Shown piece by piece: positions 53,039-62,457 of a DNA stretch of 64,000 bases. Origin of the DNA: Minisyncoccota bacterium (GTDB lineage Bacteria > Patescibacteriota > Minisyncoccia > Phycocordibacterales > SBAW01); NCBI GenBank assembly GCA_035546615.1, contig DASZWM010000007.1, positions 1 through 64,000 of the forward strand, read 5' to 3'. The translations under genes and the position numbers were made by a program. The notes below the pieces were generated by a model. The model made no database searches and was not told the DNA's origin. It saw nothing but the letters and a program-made list of their open reading frames with translations. Numbering within the stretch: position 1 is the first letter of the stretch; the number at the start of each line of letters is the position of its first letter.

Positions 53039-53748
53039 GGCACTATCTCGAATTCGTCGCCGGGCTGCGGCTTTTGCGGCGTGAGCGCGCGCTTTTGCAT
53101 GCGGGCCCACAGCGCTCCGGCGGTACCCAGCGCCATGACAGCCGCCGCGCCCGCGCCCCACACCAGCAGGGGCGGAAGCTGCGCCGATCCGGCCGCGGCC
53201 GCAAGCTCTTCCGGTTCGGTATAGGAAAGCTCGCCCGGATTCGCTGCAGAACCGGCCGCTGGCGTCTTCGCTTTTGCGGTGGAAGTTTTTGAAGCGGCCG
53301 GCTTTTTTGCGGCAGGCGCGGGCTTCGGCTTGGGTGCTGCGGTATACGACATGGAGTACTCAGTTTTCCCGGAGGCATTCACAAGGGCGAGCGTCTCCCC
53401 TTCGTTTGAAAGCGAGAACGAGCTCTTGAATACGCTGCGGGTCTCCCCGGGATGCTCGCTCAAGTAGGTCGTCGGATCTTCCGCGATTACCGCCGACGCC
53501 CCGGGCGAGAGCGTGGCGCTTCCGGCAGCCGCGGTCAGCTTGTGATTGACGCCTCCTTCGAGGAACTTGTATTTTGAAATATCGACGCTGTCCTTCCCTT
53601 TGTTGGCTATCTCGACCCACTCGCGCCCGTCGTCGCTGCCCGGCAGGTCGTACTCGACATGCGTGATTTCAACGGCCGCAAAGGCGCTCGCAGGGAGCGC
53701 TAGAAATGCGAATAGAAGAAAAAGGCGGAGGCTAGTGTTTGCGCGCAT
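53035..53748 (-). CDS. Lamin-tail-domain (LTD) surface protein: signal peptide, LTD, Ala/Pro/Lys-rich linker, C-terminal TM anchor
   Basis: MRANTSLRLFLLFAFLALPASAFA; VEITHVEYDLPGSDDGREWVEIANKG...GETLALVNASG (LTD); C-term LPPLLVWGAGAAAVMALGTAGALWA. Confidence 0.7.
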   Translation of the reverse strand: MRANTSLRLFLLFAFLALPASAFAAVEITHVEYDLPGSDDGREWVEIANKGKDSVDISKYKFLEGGVNHKLTAAAGSATLSPGASAVIAEDPTTYLSEHPGETRSVFKSSFSLSNEGETLALVNASGKTEYSMSYTAAPKPKPAPAAKKPAASKTSTAKAKTPAAGSAANPGELSYTEPEELAAAAGSAQLPPLLVWGAGAAAVMALGTAGALWARMQKRALTPQKPQPGDEFEIVP

Positions 53749-55663
53749 CGGGGTCGTCTGACCCGTAGTCGGCGTCCGGCGCGAGGTCGGGGTCGACGGA
53801 AAGCATAGACCGCAACACGTCTTCTGGCAACCCGGCCGGCTCCTGCGCGGGCGTCGCCTGCGGTTTTGGCTTCGGAAGCTCTTCTGCGGCGGCGGGAGCC
53901 ACCTTCTTGAGAGCGTCTTTAAGAGCCGTACCGTATCCCTGGTCCTGGCGCGGCGGGGGTGCCGGAGGAGCGTCCGCCTTTCGCGCTACCACCTCGGCAA
54001 GCGCTTCCCGCAGGCTCTTGGCGCCGCTTAAAGGCGGGGTTTCAGGGACGGGCGGCGGAGTGGGGCGCGGGCGTTCAGCTCGCCTTTCGGGCTCGCGGCG
54101 AGGCTCGGGCGCCTTTGGCCGGGGCGGGCGGGGCGCTTCTTCGACGCGGGCCGCGGGTTCCGGAGCGGGAGCGGGCCTTTCAGCCGGCGGCGCAGGGCGT
54201 TCGGGAGCGCGCTCAGGAGCCGCTATCTCCACAAAAACGGGCGTTGGGGCCGGAGGCTGAGGTTTTGGCTCTGCCCTGGGCGCCGCCGGAGCAGGGCGCG
54301 GACGGGGCGCTGAAGATGCGGCAGGCTTGCGGTCCGGAACGAACTTCGGCTTCTGAAGCGGCTCCATTGGGTCCTCCTCGTGCCACTTGCGAATCGTTTC
54401 CTCGACTTCCGCGCGCGGCCGGCTGAACACCCGGCGGGAATTCTCGATGACCTGGTCGACGTACTTCTGGGGCGGCGGGTCAAACGGCGGCAGGGTCGTG
54501 GCGGAGAAGGGCGTCGAGCCTACGCCGTCTATCATGAGCGTCAGGTATATCTGCGCGAAGCCAAGGTTTACGAGGTCGGTCGCCTCGAACTGCGGGCTGA
54601 ACACGGTCTCGAGCACCTCGGCGTCGAACGGCCCCACGCGGAAGGTCACGGTCGTGCCTACGTTGCCGAACACGGCGTCCCGCACCTCCTCCTCCATCTG
54701 TTCTATATATTGGTGCGCGATGATGAGGTTCAGCTTATATTTGCGGGCCTCCGAGAGGATATCGGCGAAGGATTGGTTGGAAAAGCTCTGGAATTCGTCC
54801 ACGTAAAAGTAGAACTGCGGCAGGGTCGCCAGCACGTCGGCAGAAACATCGGCGCGCGACATCGCCGCCAGGTATATCTTCGTGACCAGCATGGAGCCGA
54901 GCAGCGTCGCGTTTACTTCCCCCACGCGGCCCTTGGAGAGGTTGATAATGAGTATCTTCTTGTCGTCCATCGCCTGCCGGAAGTCGAACGACGACTTCGC
55001 CTGCCCGACGATATTGCGAATGAGCGGGTTGCTGGTGAATTGCCCTATCTTGTTCTGAATAGCCGGTGTGGCCTCCTGCGTGTAGCGGTCGCTGTAGGCG
55101 GCGAACTCGTCCGCCCAGAAACTCTTCACGATTGGGTCGGTCACGTTGTCCACTACCTTCGCGCGGAACTTCTTGTTGACGAGCATCCGGTTGACGTCCA
55201 GGAGCGTCGAGCCCTCGTACTCCAGGAGGGCCAACAGGGTATTGGCGAGGATGTACTCCATGCGGGCGCTCCACGCGTCCACCCATATCTTGCGGAAGGC
55301 TGAGAGCAGCCCGGACACCACGAGATGCCGCTTGTCGTAGCCCACGTCCTCCATAACGTTGAAGGCGATGGGGTGCTCCATGTCGAACGGCGCGAAGTAC
55401 ACCACGTCCTTGATGCGGTGCTCGGGCACGTACTCCATGATGCGGTCGGCCGTGCCGCCGTGCGGGTCGATAAAGGCCATCCCCTCGCCGTTGCGGATAT
55501 CCTGTATCGCCATGTTCTCCAGCAGGGTCGATTTGCCCATACCGGTCTTGCCGATGATGTACATGTGGCGCACGCGGTCGCGGCGCTTTATCCCGAAAGC
55601 CTGGTCCTTGCCGCGGGAGTTCGTCTGGGCGAAATAGGTTATCTTCTGATCGTCGTCAGCCAT
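53732..55663 (-). CDS. FtsK/HerA/TraG-VirD4 superfamily P-loop ATPase (type IV coupling protein-like) with about 220-aa Pro/Ala/Arg/Glu-rich disordered C-terminal tail. Probable start MADDDQK at 55663; track start 55687
   Basis: HMYIIGKTGMGKSTLLENMAIQDIRNGEGMAFIDPHG (Walker A plus the DPKGE-like motif of TraG/VirD4), FYVDEFQSF (Walker B), KYKLNLIIAHQYIEQM (GIRLxLIxQS-like). No N-terminal TM. Confidence 0.6.
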   Translation of the reverse strand: MADDDQKITYFAQTNSRGKDQAFGIKRRDRVRHMYIIGKTGMGKSTLLENMAIQDIRNGEGMAFIDPHGGTADRIMEYVPEHRIKDVVYFAPFDMEHPIAFNVMEDVGYDKRHLVVSGLLSAFRKIWVDAWSARMEYILANTLLALLEYEGSTLLDVNRMLVNKKFRAKVVDNVTDPIVKSFWADEFAAYSDRYTQEATPAIQNKIGQFTSNPLIRNIVGQAKSSFDFRQAMDDKKILIINLSKGRVGEVNATLLGSMLVTKIYLAAMSRADVSADVLATLPQFYFYVDEFQSFSNQSFADILSEARKYKLNLIIAHQYIEQMEEEVRDAVFGNVGTTVTFRVGPFDAEVLETVFSPQFEATDLVNLGFAQIYLTLMIDGVGSTPFSATTLPPFDPPPQKYVDQVIENSRRVFSRPRAEVEETIRKWHEEDPMEPLQKPKFVPDRKPAASSAPRPRPAPAAPRAEPKPQPPAPTPVFVEIAAPERAPERPAPPAERPAPAPEPAARVEEAPRPPRPKAPEPRREPERRAERPRPTPPPVPETPPLSGAKSLREALAEVVARKADAPPAPPPRQDQGYGTALKDALKKVAPAAAEELPKPKPQATPAQEPAGLPEDVLRSMLSVDPDLAPDADYGSDDPDARKH

Positions 55664-55676
55664 TGGATAAAGTATA

Positions 55677-56714
55677 TCACTTGGCAAGTTCGAAAGAGCC
55701 CGTCGTGAGTATCGACTCCGATATATCCGCCGGCAGGTCGGGCGCTATAAGGTCCGCTAGCACCGCTTTTGTAGTCGTTGCATTCGCAATCGAAGCTTCT
55801 TTGAATGTATTCACGCCTGTAAGGCTGAAACGGATTTTATCGCTTGAGAACTCTATGCCGACGGCCAGCCCTCGCCGCACTTCGGGCTTCCACCCCTGAT
55901 CGAAGATAAAGTTGCCGAGCGAGTAAAATATTGCCTTGTTTTTGTAGATCTCCACAGGCTCCACGATATGCGGATGCGCGCCGATAACGACATCGACTCC
56001 CGCATCTATGAACATATGCGCCGCATTGCGCTGCGCCTGCGTGGGCTCATGCTGGTATTCTTCGCCCCAGTGCGCTACAAGCACTATGTGCGAACATTCC
56101 GGACGAATTCGCGCTATTTCCTCAAGCATCGAGGAGGGGTTCGGATCGTACAACTGATGAAAGCCGACCAGGCATAGTGTCTTGCCGTTTACCTGAAGTG
56201 CGGCCGAAATATTCTCGTTGTTAAGCGGCGACCCAAAGAAAGAAATTCCCTGCCCGCTCAGATATTGAGTAGTCTGCGCATAGCCGGACTTTCCGAAGTC
56301 AAGCGCGTGGTTATTCGCCAGGGAAACCGCATCGAATCCGGCGTCCTTCAGCACAGCCGCGTACTTCGGGTCGAACGTGAAGCGCAAAACAGTCGAGCTT
56401 GCCTGCGATAGGGAAGGGTTTGTCGTAATAGAACCTTCTAAATTCCCCACTCGCAGATCGTAGCCCTGAAACAATTCTCGAACGCCTGCAAAGAGCGCCT
56501 CGTCCCCCGCGGCTCGCGCATGCGTCGCCACCGTTCGGTCGAGCATGATGTCCCCCACGAAAAGAGCAGTGAAAGAAGGCTCGGGCAGCGATATATACGC
56601 AGTGCGGACTATCTGTACAAGCGCGTCATGCAGCCGCTCGGGCCATAACACAGCGGCGGCGCCTAATATGACGAGTACCGTCAAAAAGCATCGGAGAAGC
56701 CATGCATTCTTCAT
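55677..56714 (-). CDS. CapA/PGA_cap family metallophosphatase (poly-gamma-glutamate capsule biosynthesis protein CapA-like)
   Basis: N-terminal TM, FVGDIMLDR ... GNLEGSIT ... ANNHALDFG ... VAHWGEEY ... GAHPHIVEPVE. Confidence 0.8.
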   Translation of the reverse strand: MKNAWLLRCFLTVLVILGAAAVLWPERLHDALVQIVRTAYISLPEPSFTALFVGDIMLDRTVATHARAAGDEALFAGVRELFQGYDLRVGNLEGSITTNPSLSQASSTVLRFTFDPKYAAVLKDAGFDAVSLANNHALDFGKSGYAQTTQYLSGQGISFFGSPLNNENISAALQVNGKTLCLVGFHQLYDPNPSSMLEEIARIRPECSHIVLVAHWGEEYQHEPTQAQRNAAHMFIDAGVDVVIGAHPHIVEPVEIYKNKAIFYSLGNFIFDQGWKPEVRRGLAVGIEFSSDKIRFSLTGVNTFKEASIANATTTKAVLADLIAPDLPADISESILTTGSFELAK

Positions 56715-57865
56715 TATTGATACTGAATGTATATCGGCGCGGGCGTCAGCTCAAGCACCTGCGGCGGGGTCAGCATCGTCGTGCCGTCCAACACGTCGTT
56801 CTTGTAGAACAGCTTGAAGCCGGTGAATTGCACGGGCTCGGGAGCGATAACGTTGTTATATGTTCCCTGCTTCTTGGCCTGCCCGCCCCAGCCGTCCATA
56901 TCCACCACCACCTGCACTTCGGGTGTGGGCTTGATGCGCTGGTAGCCCGTGAGCATATCGTGCGTGAAGCGGTGGATAACCAGGATTTTCGGCGGCAGGT
57001 CATATTGCCGTACCAGCGCGGAGAGATACTGTATCGCCCAGTTGATGTCGTCAGCATCAAGCGAACCGATAACTTTGCCTGGCGGCGTGCCGTTGTGCAT
57101 TGCGAACTCGGGGTCCAGTCCCAGGTGCACGTTCGGGAGCTTCCAGAAATTCTCCAGCATCGGCACCTCCGTCTGCACGTCGGACAACGCCACCTGAATA
57201 TCGAGGAATACGACGCCGTCCACTTCCTTCGCGAGCGCGAGGGCCTGCTCCACTTGGCTGTCGGGCATGCGCGTACGGTATTTGCCGTCCTTGCCCGCGC
57301 TCCCCTGCGCCACGACCGCGATGTAGTGGATAGCGGGGATGACCGGCGTCGACGGGTCCGCAGTGCGCCACTGCGCCGCGGCGTTCTTCAGGCGGGTAAC
57401 CATCTCCTCCGGCGGATACTGGCCGAGCACCCCCATGCCCTTTGCGTAAAAATTGCCGTAGTACGCGACGATGCGGTTGAACGGCAGGAGCGCGCGGCTG
57501 TCGCGCGGATATGCGGCCGAGACGGGCCAGGGCTTTTTAGCCACATGCACCGAAGTGGTTGCGTTCGGAAGCGTTACGGTTGTCGTGCCCTGAAGGAACG
57601 CCGCGTACCACGGGCTCGAAGTCGCAACATGCGCGAGCGCGAGCAGCTTCAAGTTGTACGCGGTTGTATCAAGCGGCGGCGGAGGCGGCGGGCCCTTGGG
57701 TACGGCAGCCTGGGTCGAAGTCGCAGCGGTGCGCGAGTAGGACACCGACATAAGCTCCGGAAGCGCGCCGTATGCCAAGACGAAAGCGGCGCCCGCGACA
57801 AGTGCGGCCGCGCCGATCATGACGAATGCGTTCTTAGTTGAGGGAGTTGATGCCTTCTTGGTCAT
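56714..57865 (-). CDS. Membrane-anchored hypothetical protein (N-terminal TM, Pro-rich linker, about 300-aa extracytoplasmic domain, possibly glycosyl-hydrolase-like). Start MTKKAST at 57865; the track 58081 start is an Arg/Ser-rich over-extension
   Basis: VMIGAAALVAGAAFVLAYG TM; PPPPPP linker; 1-nt TAATG overlap with capA. Confidence 0.5.
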   Translation of the reverse strand: MTKKASTPSTKNAFVMIGAAALVAGAAFVLAYGALPELMSVSYSRTAATSTQAAVPKGPPPPPPLDTTAYNLKLLALAHVATSSPWYAAFLQGTTTVTLPNATTSVHVAKKPWPVSAAYPRDSRALLPFNRIVAYYGNFYAKGMGVLGQYPPEEMVTRLKNAAAQWRTADPSTPVIPAIHYIAVVAQGSAGKDGKYRTRMPDSQVEQALALAKEVDGVVFLDIQVALSDVQTEVPMLENFWKLPNVHLGLDPEFAMHNGTPPGKVIGSLDADDINWAIQYLSALVRQYDLPPKILVIHRFTHDMLTGYQRIKPTPEVQVVVDMDGWGGQAKKQGTYNNVIAPEPVQFTGFKLFYKNDVLDGTTMLTPPQVLELTPAPIYIQYQ

Positions 57866-58109
57866 AGCGTCTGTCCTGCGGGTGCCAAGGCATCTCGCGC
57901 TCCTCCTCCGGCATATTCTCGACGAACGGATGGTGGACCGAGCGCTTGCCGCTGCGGGCAAGGGACTCTGCGCGCAGCACGAATCCGAGCAGGGCGATCG
58001 CGAGGCCGGAAAAAATGAGAATGGTCGTGCGCCATGAGCCGGGGATGCCGAGGTATGGCACCGCCAGTATCCAGACGCCAAGGGCTATGACCGTCATCTC
58101 TTTGGACAT
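57834..58109 (-). CDS. Small membrane protein (91 aa, 2 TM)
   Basis: MTVIALGVWILAVPYLGIPGSWRTTILIFSGLAIALLGFVL; overlaps start of downstream gene by 32 nt. Confidence 0.4.
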   Translation of the reverse strand: MSKEMTVIALGVWILAVPYLGIPGSWRTTILIFSGLAIALLGFVLRAESLARSGKRSVHHPFVENMPEEEREMPWHPQDRRYDQEGINSLN

Positions 58110-58134
58110 GACCCGAGTGTATCACACGAGGCGT

Positions 58135-58190
58135 CACCCTGTTAACTCGCCGCCTTGCGGCGACTGTGCGGAGCACAGAGTTAACAGGGT
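58135..58190. repeat. 56-nt compound stem-loop: 13-bp perfect IR accctgttaactc / gagttaacagggt enclosing inner hairpin tcgccgc-cttg-cggcga
   Basis: Read from sequence between rsmI stop (58199) and small-membrane-protein start (58109). Confidence 0.4.
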
Positions 58191-58198
58191 TTCGGTCG

Positions 58199-58900
58199 CT
58201 ACGCTCCCTCCACTATCACTACGAATTCGCCGCGCTGTTTCTGCGGATCGCCCATAAGGCGGGCCCGGACTTCGCTGGCCGAGCCGATTATGGACTCTTC
58301 ATACATCTTGGTGAGCTCGCGAAAGATGCCGACGCGGCGCGCAGGCGGCAGGACCTTATTCAGCGCCTCAAGCGCCTTCATAATGCGATGCGGGGATTCG
58401 TAAAAAACGCTCGCGCGCTTGCTCTCGGCAATTTCCTTAAACAAAGTCTCGCGACCTTTCTTGAGAGGCAAGAAACCGTAGAAGGTGAATGACGCTGCGC
58501 GCAGGCCTGCGATAGAAAGTGCGGCGGCCAGCGCCGAAGCGCCCGGTATCGCTTCTATTGTGATATCCGCAATGCGCTCGCGAACAACCGAGACAAGTTC
58601 CAGCCCCGGATCTGACACGCCCGGCGTGCCGGCGTCGGAAACGAGCACGAGATGCTTGCCCTCCTCAAGCAGCTGGATTATTTTCTCAAATCCCTTGGCG
58701 CCGCTATTTGCGTGGAAGGCAACGGTAGGCGTATGAATGTCGTAGTGGCTGAGAAGCTTCTTCGTAACACGCGTATCCTCGCAGGCAATAACGTCCGCTT
58801 CCTTGAATACCTCAAGAGCCCGCAAGGTGATGTCCTTCAGGTTCCCGATAGGCGTGGCGACGACCGAAAGCTTTTGCATAACGTCTGTACCGTACCACAA
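58199..58900 (-). CDS. rsmI: 16S rRNA (cytidine1402-2'-O)-methyltransferase RsmI
   Basis: SVVATPIGNLKDITLRALEVFKEADVIACEDTRVTKKLL ... LVSDAGTPGVSDPG. Confidence 0.85.
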   Translation of the reverse strand: MWYGTDVMQKLSVVATPIGNLKDITLRALEVFKEADVIACEDTRVTKKLLSHYDIHTPTVAFHANSGAKGFEKIIQLLEEGKHLVLVSDAGTPGVSDPGLELVSVVRERIADITIEAIPGASALAAALSIAGLRAASFTFYGFLPLKKGRETLFKEIAESKRASVFYESPHRIMKALEALNKVLPPARRVGIFRELTKMYEESIIGSASEVRARLMGDPQKQRGEFVVIVEGA

Positions 58901-58904
58901 AATA

Positions 58905-58933
58905 TTGACTTTTTCAAGTAAGCCCAGTAGTAT
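58905..58933 (+). promoter_or_regulatory. Sigma70-like promoter TTGACT-17-TAGTAT. The -10 ends 2 nt before the track ATG 58936, implying the real start is downstream
   Basis: ttgactttttcaagtaagcccagtagtat read from sequence. Confidence 0.5.
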
Positions 58934-58974
58934 CCATGCGGATACGGACTTCTACACGCACCAGCGAGGTATTG

Positions 58975-59754
58975 ATGAGCAAGCATGTGAACCCCCGGAT
59001 GCAGGGCGTTACCTATAACCTGCTCCATAACGGGGTGAGCCTGACATACTACGGCGGCGAAGGGCTGATTCTACCGTCGGACTTCCATGACAACATGGCG
59101 GCGCATGAATCGGTGCTCCGCCAGATAACGAAAAACCATCGCATTACCCAAGCGGTTGTGCCTGACTTCCGCGGCGCGACTCGAAGAGCGACACTGGAAA
59201 AGGATCTGCGACCATTCGGGCCGAGTTCGACTTTCTTCGGCACGTCGCCGACTGACGCGGTAGTAACCGACTTGCCCGTGATATCAATCACTGCTGATTG
59301 CCACACCTTGGTCGTCAAAAACGCCAGGAACGGCATGCGCGCGGTAGTGCACGGCTCGCGTGACGCTCAGCATCCGATTGCCCGCGACGGGAAGACCAAA
59401 TCGGGAAATACCAACGTCTTCGAGGCGCTTAATCCGGCCCTGTTCGGCTCCGAAACCTACGCGTTCATCGCGTGCGGCATCGGCTCAAGCCACTTCGACA
59501 ACCGTACGGATTATGACGAGTTCCATGGAAGCCTCATCCGCTATCTTGTAAGGAAATGGGGCGGGGATATCGTGGACGGCGGCATCGAGATGGGGAGGCT
59601 CAATGTTCCTCTTCTCTTGCGAAGGCAACTTGAGGCCCGTGGCGTTCCCGGAGATAACATCGCCTGGGACGGCATCGACACCTATACTGACCCGCGGTTT
59701 AACAGTCGCCGGGCGGGCAGCAAGGCTAGCAACTGCCTAGTGATCGAGTGGTAA
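58975..59754 (+). CDS. pgeF: YfiH/PgeF (DUF152, purine-nucleoside phosphorylase / peptidoglycan editing factor) family protein. Start MSKHV preceded by GAGGT; the track 58936 start overlaps the promoter
   Basis: ADCHTLVVKNARNGMRAVVHGSRD and SHFDNR resemble the YfiH ADCxPVLL...AxVHAGWRG and His/Cys motifs. Confidence 0.6.
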   Translation: MSKHVNPRMQGVTYNLLHNGVSLTYYGGEGLILPSDFHDNMAAHESVLRQITKNHRITQAVVPDFRGATRRATLEKDLRPFGPSSTFFGTSPTDAVVTDLPVISITADCHTLVVKNARNGMRAVVHGSRDAQHPIARDGKTKSGNTNVFEALNPALFGSETYAFIACGIGSSHFDNRTDYDEFHGSLIRYLVRKWGGDIVDGGIEMGRLNVPLLLRRQLEARGVPGDNIAWDGIDTYTDPRFNSRRAGSKASNCLVIEW

Positions 59755-59825
59755 CCTTTCTACCTACAATGGGCGAGGCCGCGGATTCCCGCGGCCTCTT
59801 CGCTTTCATACAACAAGGCTGCTAT

Positions 59826-61118
59826 TTAATTGGTTTCAACCGCCTTCTCCCCCGCTTTGTAAATGTCTCCCGCGCCCATAGTAACCACTATATCGCCTTG
59901 TTTTGCCTCGTTTTTTATATAGTCCGTCACTTCGTCCAAAGATGCTGCCGCTCGCGCCGTCCTGCCCTCCTTTTCGATACGCTCGGCCAAGACAGCGCTT
60001 GATACGCTCGGATCAGGCTCTTCTCGTGCGGCAAATATGGGAGCCACGACGACTTCATCGGCATCCATGAAGGCTTTCGCAAATTCATCCATGAATATCC
60101 TGGTGCGGCTGTAGAGATGCGGGTGGAACGCAACCAAGATGCGTTTGTCGGGGAATTGCTGCCGCACGCTCTTAAGAGTGGTTGCTATTTCGGTCGGATG
60201 ATGTCCGTAATCGTCATATACCGCCGCTCCCCGTGCGGTCAGTCCCTTATATTCGAACCTGCGCCACGTTCCCGCAAAGTCTGCGAGCGCCTGCCTGGCG
60301 ACTACAAGGTCGATCTTCAGGATATCTGCAACAGCAAGTACCGCGGCCGCGTTTATGCGATGGAGCGGCAGTACCTTGAGCGCGAGCGCCGGATCAAAAT
60401 AGTTCCTATAATCGACGACCGTGCACGCGACACCTTCCACGACCGGACGCACGGTAACACTTTCCGTATCGCATACCACGAATCCATCAGCAGGGATCTT
60501 TTGTATCAGCTCGCGGAACGCTGATTGTATGTCAGCCAGGTCTTTGTAGTAATCGAGATGGTCCGCTTCGATGTTGGTAATAACAAGGATATGCGGCGCG
60601 AAGTTGAGGAAATGCCGGCGATATTCGTCTGCTTCAACGACAAAATACTCGCCCTTGCCCGCCCTGAAGTTGCTTTTGGTCTTCGCGCGAAGCGAGCCGA
60701 CTATGCCGGTCGGGTCCAGCCGTCCGGCTTCCGCGACATCTATCATCATCGCGGTCGTGGTCGTCTTGCCGTGGGCGCCCGAGATCGCAATAACCTTCTT
60801 GCCTTCGGTTACCTTGCCCAATGCCTCGAAATACGAAAGCTCCGGTATGCCGAGTTCGCGGGCGCGCAGGCGCTCGACATAGCCGTCGGAGCCTTCCAAT
60901 ATGGCGTCGCTGTATACGAGCAGATCCGCACCGGCAGGCACATGCGCCGCATCGTGTCCTATAAATATTTCTATTCCTTTTGACCGCAGAAGGTCGGTCG
61001 TTGGCGAATCTCCTCTGTCGGAACCTGAGACGGATGCGCCTTCATGCAGGTACAATTGCGCCAAAGCGGAAAGCCCGATACCGCCGATGCCGACTATATA
61101 TATCTTTTTTTCCTGCAT
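59826..61118 (-). CDS. murC: UDP-N-acetylmuramate--L-alanine ligase MurC (start MQEKKIYIVGIGGIG at 61118; track start 61169 overlaps murD)
   Basis: IVGIGGIGLSALA ... ISGAHGKTTTTAMM Mur ligase motifs. Confidence 0.9.
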   Translation of the reverse strand: MQEKKIYIVGIGGIGLSALAQLYLHEGASVSGSDRGDSPTTDLLRSKGIEIFIGHDAAHVPAGADLLVYSDAILEGSDGYVERLRARELGIPELSYFEALGKVTEGKKVIAISGAHGKTTTTAMMIDVAEAGRLDPTGIVGSLRAKTKSNFRAGKGEYFVVEADEYRRHFLNFAPHILVITNIEADHLDYYKDLADIQSAFRELIQKIPADGFVVCDTESVTVRPVVEGVACTVVDYRNYFDPALALKVLPLHRINAAAVLAVADILKIDLVVARQALADFAGTWRRFEYKGLTARGAAVYDDYGHHPTEIATTLKSVRQQFPDKRILVAFHPHLYSRTRIFMDEFAKAFMDADEVVVAPIFAAREEPDPSVSSAVLAERIEKEGRTARAAASLDEVTDYIKNEAKQGDIVVTMGAGDIYKAGEKAVETN

Positions 61119-61122
61119 AGGT

Positions 61123-62451
61123 TTATGTAACCTTCTCTGCGGCTTTATTGAACTGATCCCCGCGGTCATACTCGTTCTTGAACATGCCGAACGAGGCGAA
61201 AGCAGGGCTCATAAGCACAATGTCGCCATCCTCCGCGCCCTCTATGGCAAAGCCAACTGCTTCAGCCATAGTTCCATATATAGGACTGCCTGGTAACTCG
61301 CTTTTTACCCTCTCCGTACCGGTCCCCGCGAGCAGTAATACTTTCTTGCAGTACTTCGGGATCTCCGCAAGGAGCCCTTTCATTTCAAGGCCCTTATCCG
61401 CGCCGCCCATGATAAGCACGATGTTCTTTTTTGATTCATCTCCCAGCGCATACAGGGCGGCAATAGTAGCCTCCGGTACCGTTGCCGTCGTGTCGTTGTA
61501 GATCTTCACTCCTTTTATTTCCCGCAGGAACTGAAGCCGCCCCGGAACCCCGTCGAACGACTCAATCGCCTTCTGTATAACATTCTCTTCAACTCCAAGC
61601 GCGCGGACAGCTGCGGCAGCAAGAGCCGCGTCATAGCGATTATGCTCGCCGGGAATCTTCAAACGCCATTCGGCGGGGATATCTTGCGTCCGCGCAATAA
61701 CGGTACGAGCAAGGATCTGATCCTTAAACCCGTATTTTTTTGCATCCGGCATTACTTGCTCGCCGAGAATAAGCACATCCTCCGGCTTTTGGAACAAAAA
61801 GATATTCGCCTTATCGGCGAAGTAGGCCGCCATATCGTTCTTGTAATAGTTCATATGGTCGGGCATGAAGGTGGTAAATACCGCCACATGGGGGCTTATC
61901 TTCGCCTCCCCGAGGCCCTGGCACTGCCACGAATCGAGTTCGAGTACGGCAGCGCTATCCGCTTGTACCTGCGGTAAAAGCGCGAGCGTCGAGACACCCT
62001 GCACGTTTCCGCCCAGAAGTACGCTCTTCCCTGCCTCCTTCAGGATATGGGCGATAAGATGCGTGGTTGTCGATTTACCGCGCGTGCCGGTAATGCCTAC
62101 TGACGCGACACCCGAGAATTCCATAAAAAGGTCGGCGCTCATGCGCACGGGTACGCCGTTTTTCTTCGCCTCGGCGATAAACGGAGAATCGAGCGGCACG
62201 CCCGCCGCCTTGATAATAAGGTCGCGGTCTTTAAAATCTTCGAGACTGTGTCCGCCAAGGCGGAACGTTATGTTCGAAAACTGCTTCAGTTGCGCTAAAG
62301 AATCGGCAAGGTCCTCTTCTGATTTTAAATCGGTAACTACCAACTCCACCCCCTGTTCCGCTAGAAATCGCGCATCCCCCACCCCGCGGCCCAAAAGGCC
62401 GAGCCCCATGAGGGTTACCCGCTTGCCTTTGAAATAGTCTTTCCAATCCAT
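61123..62451 (-). CDS. murD: UDP-N-acetylmuramoylalanine--D-glutamate ligase MurD
   Basis: VTLMGLGLLGRG ... GITGTRGKSTTTHL. Confidence 0.9.
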   Translation of the reverse strand: MDWKDYFKGKRVTLMGLGLLGRGVGDARFLAEQGVELVVTDLKSEEDLADSLAQLKQFSNITFRLGGHSLEDFKDRDLIIKAAGVPLDSPFIAEAKKNGVPVRMSADLFMEFSGVASVGITGTRGKSTTTHLIAHILKEAGKSVLLGGNVQGVSTLALLPQVQADSAAVLELDSWQCQGLGEAKISPHVAVFTTFMPDHMNYYKNDMAAYFADKANIFLFQKPEDVLILGEQVMPDAKKYGFKDQILARTVIARTQDIPAEWRLKIPGEHNRYDAALAAAAVRALGVEENVIQKAIESFDGVPGRLQFLREIKGVKIYNDTTATVPEATIAALYALGDESKKNIVLIMGGADKGLEMKGLLAEIPKYCKKVLLLAGTGTERVKSELPGSPIYGTMAEAVGFAIEGAEDGDIVLMSPAFASFGMFKNEYDRGDQFNKAAEKVT

Positions 62452-62457
62452 ACTATT

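Noticed and set aside
56714-58081. 455-aa version of the membrane-anchored protein
   Set aside because: The first 72 aa are Ser/Arg/Cys-rich junk preceding the TM helix; start reassigned to MTKKAST (57865).
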